Part shown: positions 38,986 through 50,211 of the stretch, piece by piece
How positions within the stretch are numbered: position 1 is the first letter of the stretch
How the letters are laid out: the number at the start of each line of letters is the position of its first letter
IMG/VR virus record: IMGVR_UViG_3300020182_002648
Location: 32,001-96,000 of that record
DNA length: 64,000 nucleotides
Source of the DNA: a virus
Strand: one strand, 5' to 3'
Notes under the pieces: generated by a model
Seen by the model: only the letters and a program-made list of their open reading frames with translations
Databases searched by the model: none
What the model was told of the DNA's origin: nothing
Made by a program: the position numbers and the translations under genes

Positions 38986-41900
38986 TCAACTGTCGTGTAG
39001 AAATTGTTGTGCAGCCAACTGCGCGATGTCAACACCTGGTACATTGACACTAGGTGTGTCTCTGGTGATGATTTTGTACATTTCTCTAACCTCTCTGATT
39101 CTCCTGAGGTTTCTCGCGACTGTGCTTTGTTCTGTTACATTCCGTGGCCGGTTTGGCTTGTGTGAATTGTTGTTCATCTCATCCAGGAACAAAAATGCTC
39201 CTTCGAGTTGTGCTAATTTCAAACTCATTTCTGCTACAATGTTAGGTGTGTTGTTATTATCGCTCATGATATAATTATAGTATATATTCTCAGCATGTGC
39301 AACTATTTCTTAATTATATGAATATCAACTAGTTAGAGGAAACCCACATGTGACTTTTCTCTAAGTAATTAAATGTCAACAGGTTACACAAAAAACCAGC
39401 TGGTTTATTTTCTAAATATATACCTATCAACATGATAGAAGATGTTAGCTCCAACAAATTGAAAGGCTATCACACTGGCCCACATGGACCATTGTAACAC
39501 TTCCGTGAACAGATACATGCATGGGTAACAGACTATAAATCCTGCCTGCCATCTCAGATTGTATTTTAAATATCTTTTGAGCATCGTGTTCGCTTTCTAC
39601 TAACTTTGTTGTGTCGTTGTTGTTTTGTTTTGATCACTCCTGGCAATGTCAATCGTCTACCATACAGAGCATGATATTGATTGGGTCGATACTTGATAAG
39701 CCAATCATTGAACCTCAATTGCTCACGTGTGGTAGATGGTTCTTCAGAATACTCCACACTCAACTGATGATACATGCTCACTTTATGATCTTTATCACTG
39801 AACATTCGCTTCCATGTTCTCAATTTGTAATCCTCATCACCAGCCACTCCTCGAAGGTTCACGCTGACATGGTACGATCTCTGAGTCTCTTCAATCAAGA
39901 AATCCATCTCGTCGTCAGTCAGTCCTTGCATGTGCTTCACCTTCATCATGTATATGAAACTTTCTTGCCTGTTATGAGGCCATGGCTTGTCCTTGACGAA
40001 CACAGTGTGCTTCATGGTGCGAGGGTTGTATTGACAACCATCACTCAATTGTATTGTCTGGCTCAATTGCTTGTGGTCTGTGATCCGCCCATCAGTTCTG
40101 CAATCTTGCCAACTAGATGTAGATCATCAGCGGTTATAGTGAATGAGTTGGTGAACCAATCACTGATTTTCACCTCTTTGATCATTGTAAGGTATGCATC
40201 GTAAGCTTCGTATTCGTCTATCATAATATTGTGTTTGTTGTTATTTGTTAAACTTTAATTATAACGTAAGAAATTATAAAGCGCAACAGTAAATATTTGT
40301 ATGATACATCATGTAACAATTGAGCAAATAATGTCCTTAATCGTCGTCGCTACTGTTCTGGTCACTTTTTTTTAAAAACCAATCTGACACTAGATCTGGA
40401 CTGAACACTTCTTGAGCTGTTTCCGGGTGAAAACCAACCGCAACTAACAGTCCCCTGAAGTGTTCGGCTGCTGCTGTCACATCACCTTCTGTAAATTCTA
40501 CGCTAGCGGTAGTTTGTGTTGTTTCTATCGTTATTTTCATTTTATAAAATCTATGACCATTTGTGCTAATTTATAACTCTTCGCCCCAACGTTCCATTCA
40601 GTGATCTGTTCTGGTTCTAATCCATCTTCACCGGCGTAAGTTTTGCATTGTTTGTAATCGTAAATTGTCACAACACCGTAAGTGGTACCTGACCTCTCAA
40701 CTTCAACATGCCACTCGCTGCTGGTCTTGTACTCATCTGTTCTAATTGTTGGTTCGCCAAAAAGATTGACCAGATTGTGATAACTTGTGGTGATGTAATC
40801 TTGTAAAGAGGTTCCGTTCACATGCTTGCTGGCTTTGTGGCAGCTTATAAATGAGAGTCTATCGCTAGTGGTTGTTGAATTGTGTTCCATTGCTATAATA
40901 TATTTGTTGTTATGTGTTAAACGCAATTTACATATCGCCTTGAGATCTGAACTTGAATACCGGCGTCACGTTTTGTATTTAACTCTTGTGTTATGCTGCT
41001 TCTGTCATTTGCATTGTTGACGTATACATTTGTACCGTAATGTGTGATCGCAGTCCACATCACAAAAAAACTATCGCTAGCAGGCTTATGCTCTGATACA
41101 AACTTGAATGTATCACCTGATTCTAGAGATTCGATCGTCGATAAGAAGTGCTTTGTTTTAATCATAACTTAATTATATGATCATATAGCACTAAGCGCAA
41201 CTTAACATGGAAACAATATATCCCATCCTTCGGCAGTGGTACCACTTTGGATCAATTCACGTTGATCAACATCAAGTAATGGAAATATATCTTGAATAAG
41301 CTTGTCACGACCATGATCAAGCCATTCTCTCCATTCATTTGCGTATACATTCACATTGCTTATAACTTCAGTCACTGGACACTTTGTTGTTAACTGTATC
41401 AATTCATGGGGACCCGTGCGGAGAGTCTCTGTTGCGATGATATGTTTAGTTAGTGACATGTGATAATTACTCGTCAAGAATAAACTTAGCTACAAACCAA
41501 GCTGTAAATACCAAAACTGGTGGTGTGAATATCATTATGACAATAAATATCTCTGGCCCTGTCATGTTATTTCCAGTCAAAGCTGATTAACAATTGATCA
41601 GGAGCATCTCTGAGTTCTGCTTCTTGAGCAAGATGAAATGTACCATCACCATATCTTCGATCAACTGGAACACCGCTCTTGTTAAACCCCGGACTGATTC
41701 CTTTCCATTGATTCTCGAAGCTGCAATCTTTTTTATCTCCGCTGATGAACCGGACTTCGCTATCAAGTGTTGTACCAGTCAGCTGAAGAGCCTCGTCAAT
41801 CATCGATTGTAAATCCCTTACAGTGATCATATCAATGTGTGATAACGCCTGCTAGATTTTGCTGCATGGTCAACTCCTTAGCATGATCAATACGTTCCAC

Positions 41901-42062
41901 GTGCCTCAACACTGTCTTGAATGCACTTTGTACATCTTCCATAAATTCCGGAGTGGTCATTGCTGGACAAACCCGATTGTCATTTGGGTCATACATGTTG
42001 AGTACATCTAAAATTGTACGAAAGTCCTTGTCGGTTAAACCTGTTTTACTACATCTATTCAT
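38986..42062 (-). CDS. Block of hypothetical early genes (38986-39267, 39566-40066, 40337-40540, 40537-40890, 40917-41165, 41202-41477, 41567-41830, 41832-42062)
   Basis: Co-oriented ORFs with recurring AGTTGC/TATAAT promoters. Confidence 0.6.
39373..39569 (+). pseudogene. Interrupted late ORF (A-AAA-AAC shift site and internal TAA)
   Basis: TAAGTA box then MSTGYTK; the -1 frame continues PAGLFSKY...GPL*HFREQ...IVF*. Confidence 0.35.
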
Positions 42063-42140
42063 ATCCTTATTGTCTTTTACGTTGTTAATGATTGTCGTTA
42101 TAATATAATTATAACGGAATATGTGAGTTAAGGCAACTAA

Positions 42141-42554
42141 TTAGTAATCGTCTGAACGATCGATCAACTCAGCATTATACTGATCCTCGAGCTCTTCAAC
42201 TGCTATACCGTGCATCTTAACTTCACCAAATTTATCAAATTGTTTATATATTGGATCTTGAAAGTCTACTTTCTCTCCGTCAATCTCTAACATGATACAA
42301 CTAGGATTTTCAATCACGTGTGACTCGTAATCAATACCAGTTGAGGGATCAGCTGGGTTATAATCTGAGCTGTATTCATATGTAGCTTCCGCATACGTCG
42401 CATCACCTTCATCACCACATTCAAGTTCCCATACAATATCACCGCTCTTGTCTCTAGATACTGCATTTACTCTGACTGTACTGAAATCAAACTTGGGTCT
42501 CAAGGAAGCAGAATATCCCTCCCATATCAATTGACTGTCATCTTTACGTTTCAT
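42141..42554 (-). CDS. Acidic late protein, candidate internal virion protein
   Basis: TAAGTA 42561-42566; N-terminal QLIWEGY like 36125-36427. Confidence 0.55.
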   Translation of the reverse strand: MKRKDDSQLIWEGYSASLRPKFDFSTVRVNAVSRDKSGDIVWELECGDEGDATYAEATYEYSSDYNPADPSTGIDYESHVIENPSCIMLEIDGEKVDFQDPIYKQFDKFGEVKMHGIAVEELEDQYNAELIDRSDDY

Positions 42555-42582
42555 TTATATTACTTAGGCTCAATTGTTCAAT

Positions 42583-42921
42583 TTATAATGGAATGTAATG
42601 GTCTGTGTAACTACTGTTCATATTGAATCGTTTAATTCTGTCCGGATCAGTATGCATCAAGTCTATAATTTTGTTGATATCTTTCTCAGCAACCCATCCG
42701 GCCACTTCATGACCATCGTCCTTCCCTCCGACCAGATTGCTCACAGCAATGAGATCACCGCTATCATCATCCATCCACATTGATATCTCGAAAGTGTTCG
42801 GTCCGGACAAAGTACCCTTTCCGTATATGATACTCAACGCCATATCATTCACCTTTAATGTGGCGCTTGACACTCCAATGATGTTGGTGTCAAATGTTAG
42901 ATCGTTTAATACTGTCTTCAT
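42583..42921 (-). CDS. Hypothetical early protein
   Basis: Leaderless sigma70-type promoter. Confidence 0.6.
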   Translation of the reverse strand: MKTVLNDLTFDTNIIGVSSATLKVNDMALSIIYGKGTLSGPNTFEISMWMDDDSGDLIAVSNLVGGKDDGHEVAGWVAEKDINKIIDLMHTDPDRIKRFNMNSSYTDHYIPL

Positions 42922-42957
42922 GATATGATTATATGAAGTGTCTATACAAAGCGCAAC

Positions 42958-43278
42958 TTAAGAATCCATACGCTGATCGATCAGATCTTCTAACTTATCT
43001 TCAGTTAGAGCTTGTTTCAATATATCATTGATCCATTCACTGAGACTACATCCTTGTTCATGAGCATACTTCATATATTTGAATAGCTCCTCATCGCTAA
43101 ATTCAAGCTCCACATCAACCATCTTAACTTTTGTTATCATGAATGTACCATCTCCTTTATCCGAGAATGACAACTCATCACCTTCCGTCCATCCTAAATT
43201 GTTTAATATATCATCTGGAAGCTCGAAGTATAATTCTCCGTCATTTGCTTCTTTAACTTGTAGTGTGTGTTGTTTCAT
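42958..43278 (-). CDS. AbrB/MazE-like DNA-binding protein
   Basis: LPDDILNNLGWTEGDEL swapped-hairpin motif plus RHH-like C-terminus. Confidence 0.65.
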   Translation of the reverse strand: MKQHTLQVKEANDGELYFELPDDILNNLGWTEGDELSFSDKGDGTFMITKVKMVDVELEFSDEELFKYMKYAHEQGCSLSEWINDILKQALTEDKLEDLIDQRMDS

Positions 43279-43687
43279 TTTTATGTTTGGTCCATCTGTA
43301 CCATTTGGGTTTTTGATTGATACGTTCTTGTAGTCGTTCTCTGATTATACTTAAGTCATCATTAGCAGGAATCCAGTCGTTATACAATGCATCCGGCCAT
43401 TGTTCTCTTTTCCATATCCTGTCAGGGTCCGGTTGCATCCCTCGTTGCTTCATCTCATACACAATAGAGTCATATCTCTTCTCGAGATACAATCCCTTGT
43501 TGTAGAAGAATTTAACATGTCCTGTGTTTAAAGTAAATGTGACTGGTAGGTTGTTCAATGTCTTGAGCCAATGAGGGCTCCCTAGGGACCGCTGTAGTGA
43601 ACTACCCACCATGAACATCTCTCTATACTCAGCTACCAAATGCTGATCCGCGAGCTCTGATGGAGGTACTAGATTGATTCTAGTCAT
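43253..43687 (-). CDS. denV: Pyrimidine-dimer DNA glycosylase / endonuclease V
   Basis: MTRINL...ELADQHL.AEYRE, GHVKFFY, ERI..KP.WY. Confidence 0.95.
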   Translation of the reverse strand: MTRINLVPPSELADQHLVAEYREMFMVGSSLQRSLGSPHWLKTLNNLPVTFTLNTGHVKFFYNKGLYLEKRYDSIVYEMKQRGMQPDPDRIWKREQWPDALYNDWIPANDDLSIIRERLQERINQKPKWYRWTKHKNETTHTTS

Positions 43688-44076
43688 TAGCTGGATCTTA
43701 GCAGATCCTTATACTTGTTGTACCAATAACTGCTATTGTCTCTGAGAGACTCATTGGCTTTTCGTACATATTCGAGTGTGTCTTGAGCATGCTGAGATAT
43801 ATTATCAACAACAGGACTATGCTCACCTTTCTCTCTCAAGCGATTATAAGCATCTAACATGTCGGTAACCATATTGATTGTCACATCAATGTATGGACAA
43901 GTGTTAGGTGGAAAGCCAGGAGCGTTATGTTTGGCTCTCATCCTGATTGACTCAACCTCTTTACGTTTGAGTTTACCGGTGGTCTTTTTAAGTTGTTTTT
44001 TGATTCTATTCTTAGTTATCATAGGTTCTGTTGTTATGTTGATTGTGTATGGTCCTGCAGGGTATGGAGCACTCAT
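43687..44076 (-). CDS. Hypothetical protein
   Basis: PPNTCPYID...LEYVRKANESLR. Confidence 0.6.
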   Translation of the reverse strand: MSAPYPAGPYTINITTEPMITKNRIKKQLKKTTGKLKRKEVESIRMRAKHNAPGFPPNTCPYIDVTINMVTDMLDAYNRLREKGEHSPVVDNISQHAQDTLEYVRKANESLRDNSSYWYNKYKDLLRSS

Positions 44077-44360
44077 GAGTTTATGATGATCAGAGTGGCT
44101 ATCAATGTGCCGGTCAGGATGACGTAAGCGGTGATTTGTAGTATAAATTTGCTGTTAAGCTTCTGCATATCGTAAGTTGATGCGATGCTTTTGTTTGCGA
44201 TCAATTTCTTTTAATCGGTTGCGGTGAGGCCGGCTCTTTGTAAAAAGTATTTTTTGTCTGATTTTCATAATATGTATTGTTGTTATATATTAATTATAGT
44301 CGATCATGCGCGGAAGTGCAACTTCTGAGGTAATCTTTGGGTGCGCGACTAAATAATTAT

Positions 44361-44890
44361 ATGAAGAAGGAATATAAACCAAAGCCATTTACTCAAGATC
44401 TAGCGCAAGAAACATTCAAACATATGTACGCTGAGCTTGATGATAAGAGAACCCTATGCAATGTGATTAAACAAGCATTCAGATGCGTACAAGAGGACAG
44501 TTACAACCTCAAAGCTGCTCAGGAGTTGATGTTGGAGGCTTTGTGGATGGGCAAGAGAATGCATGCTAAACTATATTCTGAATCACAAGTAGAATTTAAC
44601 GAGGAGTTAGTTGATCATAGTGACGATCATGAATTTATTATCGATTGGAATAACATGGATGGTCGTAATGTCGCTAACGGTAATTGGGATTGAAATTTAC
44701 AGCTATAATCTCTCCTCGTGAGATGATACTAGATCATCTGTACAATGAGTTGGATAAATCTATGATTGGTTATCTTGTCAATGGTAATCCTGTTCAGAGA
44801 AGATTCACATTATTAAATATAGCGAACTATACATACATGAAAATGTCTGAGAGTGACCGTGAGGCATTGCTTGACACGATCATGTATTAA
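44361..44890 (+). CDS. Two late genes (44361-44693, 44684-44890)
   Basis: TAAATA at 44350; opposite orientation to neighbours. Confidence 0.55.
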
Positions 44891-45246
44891 CCTCAAAGTC
44901 AATTGTTGTTCCATGTGGTCACCTTCAAGGGTAATGATATTGCTGCAAAGTTGACTTGACATTGATCAAGTTGGTTCAATTTGTCTCGATTTTTGTTGAG
45001 ATAAGTTATCATTGTGCTCTTCGATTTGAAATTGATACATTCCTTTTTTCCAGAGTTCTTGAGAGTTATGTTGTACTGAAACTTCTTCACTCTTAGTTGG
45101 TGGAGTTGTCTGAAGAATTAGATAAAACGTGCCAGGTGCTCGGATCAAAGATAAAGAATGTAGAGCTAGCGTGTGCAGTTGCTGCTGTGATGAGTAATAT
45201 TGCTGTGATTGTGATTATTTTTTTCATGTTAGTGGTGTTAGTGTTA

Positions 45247-45384
45247 TTAGTAAATTTTTTCAGCGTCGCAGAGGTAACATGGCCCGTGACCTTTCTCTGG
45301 ACAAGAATGTGTCACGTTGACATATTCATTTGATTTGCAACTGATTGCGGTGAGAGTCAATATCAATGTCAGTACGAGTTTCAT
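45247..45384 (-). CDS. Small Cys-rich lipoprotein
   Basis: MKLVLTLILTLTAIS-C, C-terminal CPEKGHGPCYLC. Confidence 0.5.
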   Translation of the reverse strand: MKLVLTLILTLTAISCKSNEYVNVTHSCPEKGHGPCYLCDAEKIY

Positions 45385-45388
45385 GTTA

Positions 45389-45916
45389 TTAAACGTAAGA
45401 TTCTTCGTCACATTCATCTTCATATGAATCATAATCATCCTCGCAACATTCGCCAGTTGGAATAGCGATCAAAGGACCATCACCGCTGAAATGCATGTCA
45501 CCTTCCGATGTAACAAGTTTACCATTACAGATATCAGCCGGTAAAACATGACCTAAACTTGGATTGGTTCCGCTATCAGAATCTTTACGCCACTCATTGA
45601 CCAACGTCATAGGAATAGCTGCTAGCATCCCGGCGTCAACACCCAAACTAGCGACTGTGTTGCCATCAACCTCCAAGCTGTAACTACCATCACCGAAAGC
45701 TGTGCTCCAGCAATACCATCCGATTCCAGTAGCTTCATCATGAACCTCTCCGATGTAGTGATGACCTGGTTCTGCTTTCTTCTCGTAAGCGAACATTGTG
45801 TCACAAAAATGACTCCATTGATCATCCGGCACAACATAGCATGGATCACCGAACCATACTCCATCCTTGTGATCTTTAAAGTCTAAGTTGTTATCTTGTA
45901 ATTTTTTGTATTCCAT
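45389..45916 (-). CDS. DUF4241-like protein
   Basis: GDPCY, TAFGDGSY, VDAG motifs. Confidence 0.5.
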   Translation of the reverse strand: MEYKKLQDNNLDFKDHKDGVWFGDPCYVVPDDQWSHFCDTMFAYEKKAEPGHHYIGEVHDEATGIGWYCWSTAFGDGSYSLEVDGNTVASLGVDAGMLAAIPMTLVNEWRKDSDSGTNPSLGHVLPADICNGKLVTSEGDMHFSGDGPLIAIPTGECCEDDYDSYEDECDEESYV

Positions 45917-45981
45917 ATCGTGTCTAGTGTTGTTAATCTTTGTTATACCTTAATTATAAGGTATTTCGCTAAGAAGCGCAA

Positions 45982-48656
45982 CTACGAAAAATGTAACCGA
46001 CCAGGTTTGCCATCTGTATATACAGCCATCAGAGTCTCAGTTGATACTCTAATTGTGTCGCTGAGATGATCAATAAACTCCACATCAGGTGCATCTTCAC
46101 CAGTCCCGAGCGGGTCCTTCTCGCATTCATGCTCCAGTATCTGTATCAGTTCGTTCAGCATGACGTTATGATCCTCTATCAACTTGAGTGCCTTGTTATA
46201 AGCTCCGCTGATATTGCTGTGTCTTCTCAATCTGTTTATATCCCCTATGTCCATTTTCTATTCCTCCTGTGATTTAATATATGTCTGTAAGGAGTCAATC
46301 AGAGCCTCTCTTGGTTCTAATTCTCCTGAACTGTCTGTTACTTCGTATGCAGCCTCGTTGTGCATCACTATCAAATATCCGTTTTCTAATATAGTGTTTA
46401 CTATCTCTTGATCTGTCATGATATAATTATATGATCTAAACCTCGTTAGTGCAACTCATGAGTCTTGTCCACATCGTCTCATATTCACTCTCATCCTTGT
46501 ATCCGTTCTGTTCTAAACTTGCCAACCATTCACTCCGCCAGGTGTCCTCTTGGTCTTCATCGCGAAGCATTTGCAATTCACGATGATATCTCTCACGTAA
46601 TATGTCTGGGTTGTTGGCCAGATAATCATCCACTTGTTGTGTCGAACTATACATCGTCGCCTTTCTTCACAAACTCACAATTGTTATACTCCATCCACAT
46701 GCGTTCATGTCTGACTCTGTTCATGTCGATAATTCCAATCAATATGTTCATCAGTTGATCTTCAGTTGCTGGTGTGGGAGAGTCTCCAATCTTGTACAGT
46801 AACGTTTCTAAATCTTCAGTTGTGGTACACATACCAGTCATAGCATCTTCTAATTTTGTCATACTTATTATTATAAGGGGGTTATTATATTCAGGCAACT
46901 CCGAAATGGTCACATAAATCCGTGAAGTATTTCAGTTCGTATTGAACGCGGTCATCTGCTGATTTGTTTTTCAGATGGAATATCAAGCTGCACATTTGAT
47001 CACTCACTTCACTCATGAGCTCTATACTAGCAACGTCTCCTAGCTCTCCAGTGGCTAATATAGTGATCCATGCATCAGAGGAGAACCATTTGTCAAGTAG
47101 ATCATTGGCTAGATGACAGTTCTCATCATCTCTCCATTCATCCTCTTGATCATAACAATCGTCCATTTAAAATGACATGTCTGTATCAGTTTCATCATAA
47201 TGACCCTTGCGTATGAGCAATTTCATGTCTCTTATTGTTTTCATTTGAATCTGAAACATGATATCCTGGTCATATCTAGGCCATCCTTCACTCTCAGCAA
47301 CCGTTTGCTTGTGTTCTAGGTCTACTAACTTCTTGTTTAACAACTCATGAGCATGCAATGTGCCGGCTGTGAAGCCTCTATCATAACCCTTGCTCTCAGC
47401 TATCTCTCTAATCATCTCCTCATGCATCACAAATCTTCTTTCATTTTCTTGGCTGTTTCAGCTGATTTGATATCTTGTTCAAGTTCATGACCAGTTACCA
47501 TGTCATCAACATTAACATTCATTATCTTGCTAGCGTGATCTAGCACAGTACATACATGATTGAAGTACATCGAATCCATACCAACATCACCGTGAAGTTG
47601 AGGAAAAGCCTTTACAAATTGTTCCTTGCGAGTTGTGATAGCTTCTACTATCTGTTGATCTGTCATGAGTGTCACGCGTCTTGTTGATAGTATATACCCT
47701 CAAAACACACCAATTGTCTGCAGGGTTCACGTTCTGCTGGCTTGGCTCCTGGCATGCCAACAAAATCACGATCATAAGCAACTGCAGTGCCTACCTCTAC
47801 TGGTTGATCGTTGTGTTCATATCGAAACTGGTTGATAGTATATACCCTCAAAGCATACCAACTGTCTGCAGGGTTCACGTTCTGCTGGCTTGGCTCCTGG
47901 CATGCCAGCAAAATCACGATCATAAGCAACTGCAGTGCCTACCTCTACTGGTTGATCGTTGTGTTCATATCGAAACTGTTCAGCTTCTTCGAATGTGTCT
48001 ACTGTGTAGATATCTTTGTAATTCATAATTATTGATTGATTAATTTTCCCTTGTCCATAAATTATATACTATTGATGATATTGATGCAACTAATATTATA
48101 ACACTCAAGTAAAACATAGGATCATCCCATGGTATTGGTGCCATTGACAGGTCAAATATAGAGAGGTCTTTGGTGCTGTTACTCTCTATCATGTTTTCAT
48201 CTCTGATTAACACAGCTAACTCTAGATCACCCATCCTCGTACTTAAATTTGATCCATCGTTGCTCAGCTGCATGTTGTTCGTTTGTACATCTGATCATGG
48301 TGTTTGTGAATTTCAATGCTCGCTGAATATCATGGCGATTAGGCAATTGATCGAATGACAGTCTGTGATCTGCTCTTTCAAGTACAGCTTGAATAGAGCT
48401 CAAGAATTCGATTTTTGAGTCGTGAGTCATATTAAACGTGCGCTGTGTTCTTACCACCGGCTTTCTTAACTGCACTACGTCCAAACCTTCCCGGTTGATA
48501 ACCTTTCCAGTTACTGTAAGCTGCTGCATCCATAACTTGAATACTACCAGCATCCTTCTGGTCATATATCATCACGCCTCTGTACGGTACAACCTCTGGC
48601 TTGAACTTGGGAGGTAACTTTCCTAATATGTCGTTAATTGTGTCTTGTGTGCTCAT
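45982..48656 (-). CDS. Block of about 11 small hypothetical genes
   Basis: Tightly packed minus-strand ORFs of 60-110 aa. Confidence 0.55.
47683..47978. repeat. 148-bp tandem duplication with 4 SNPs
   Basis: 47683-47830 vs 47831-47978. Confidence 0.9.
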
Positions 48657-48691
48657 GATATGATTATAACATATCGAGCATTATCAGGCAA

Positions 48692-49792
48692 CTATTTGCT
48701 CTTACCGAACTGAATTATTCTTTTCTCACCAGGTATCACCTCAGTACGTTTGTACACATCTGGGTCTCCATCACGTACTGGAACGATCTTGGTCTTTGGT
48801 TTTGGAGTTTCTACTATCATCTTAGGTTTCACAACAGGCTTGGATTTTAACACCAACATGTTGTAGCCTATGATCAGACATATAGCTAATGGATCAAACA
48901 CAATAACTATAACAAATATAAACCATTTAACAGCCGTGTCTATAGGAACACCAAATGACTCAGAGATGAATTTGAAGCTACCTATGTCTGTCTGACTGAT
49001 ATCAGATTTGTATTGAATGATCTGATTGTCGTTCTCTTTGATCTGATTGTATAAATTGTCAATGTCTGATGATATATCTTTGTTGTTTGTGTTGTTGTCA
49101 GAGAGAGAATCCACCTTGGTTATAAATGTATCATATTCCTTTGTGACTCTCTCAGCGATAACTGCTAATTCTTTTGCGATGATCGTTCTTTCAGACTGTT
49201 GTTGTGACTTCAACTCTTCAACCTTTTTCTTTTTGCTACTGAACAACCCACCTGGCTTTGATTGTAATGCATCTAGCTCTTCATCTAGTGTCACTAGCTT
49301 GTTGTTTAACTGTGCATTACGTGTGTTGCTCTGTGTTACAAAGTCATCGTATATCTTTTTATATGTGTCCCTAGAATCAGTGTCTGCTAGCTTGTCTGAC
49401 TTGGTGCTGGTTTGTAACCTTTCGATCTGATCACGTGCGTTGACTGTTTGTGATTCAAGTGACACAATCTTGGTACTGTAATGTTCGATCTTAGTCTTTG
49501 TGTCTTGATAAGCGTCTGACAAGAACCCAAATATACCTAACGATGTGATGAATATCAACAAGCCACATGCTAACGTTAAATATGTCTTGTACAAGAACCT
49601 CATCACATGCCACTGCCGATACAGAAGACTCACAGCAAATAGCTTTCCTATCTCCAGACTGCTTGCCATGATAACAACAGGTAGAAAGCTACCAGCAAAC
49701 AACAATCCAATACCTTTCACGGAAAAATATGCAGCACATCCTGCTATGAAAATACTAACGCAGAATAAAAGAAAGGGGAATAACTTGTTCAT
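48692..49792 (-). CDS. Multi-TM coiled-coil membrane protein
   Basis: AAYFSV.G, MASSLE.GKL, ITSLGIFGFLS, IVFDPLA; TAAATA upstream. Confidence 0.75.
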   Translation of the reverse strand: MNKLFPFLLFCVSIFIAGCAAYFSVKGIGLLFAGSFLPVVIMASSLEIGKLFAVSLLYRQWHVMRFLYKTYLTLACGLLIFITSLGIFGFLSDAYQDTKTKIEHYSTKIVSLESQTVNARDQIERLQTSTKSDKLADTDSRDTYKKIYDDFVTQSNTRNAQLNNKLVTLDEELDALQSKPGGLFSSKKKKVEELKSQQQSERTIIAKELAVIAERVTKEYDTFITKVDSLSDNNTNNKDISSDIDNLYNQIKENDNQIIQYKSDISQTDIGSFKFISESFGVPIDTAVKWFIFVIVIVFDPLAICLIIGYNMLVLKSKPVVKPKMIVETPKPKTKIVPVRDGDPDVYKRTEVIPGEKRIIQFGKSK

Positions 49793-50211
49793 ATGATTAT
49801 TTATCCTCGCGGATGATCTTTTGCTTGTACTTTGTAATAAGCGCACTCAAACAATTGATAGCTAATTGTGTGTTTTTCTCTCTGAGATGTTCAACTGGAT
49901 ATGCTTCCTCTAGCTCCATTATTTTCTCAGACAATATGATGATCTTGGCTAGCATTATGTCGTTATGTTGTGCTACCTCATCATCCATACAATTATTTAT
50001 TGTATCATAACTTGATATATCTCAAAGTGGTACGGTTCATGGCTAACGCTTTATTCAATGTATGTGCTTCATGCTCTGATAACATCATGATCGGTGACCT
50101 GTACAGTTTATTCGCTGGTTTGCTCCAATCGATCTGCATGTATTTATTGAGAGTTGTATTGTATACTTCTTGCATGATATAATTATAGTATACACCCGCT
50201 CGGATGTCCAC

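Noticed and set aside
47683-47978. Diversity-generating retroelement TR/VR pair
   Set aside because: Differences are not confined to adenines on either strand, are mostly synonymous, and no reverse transcriptase is in the window
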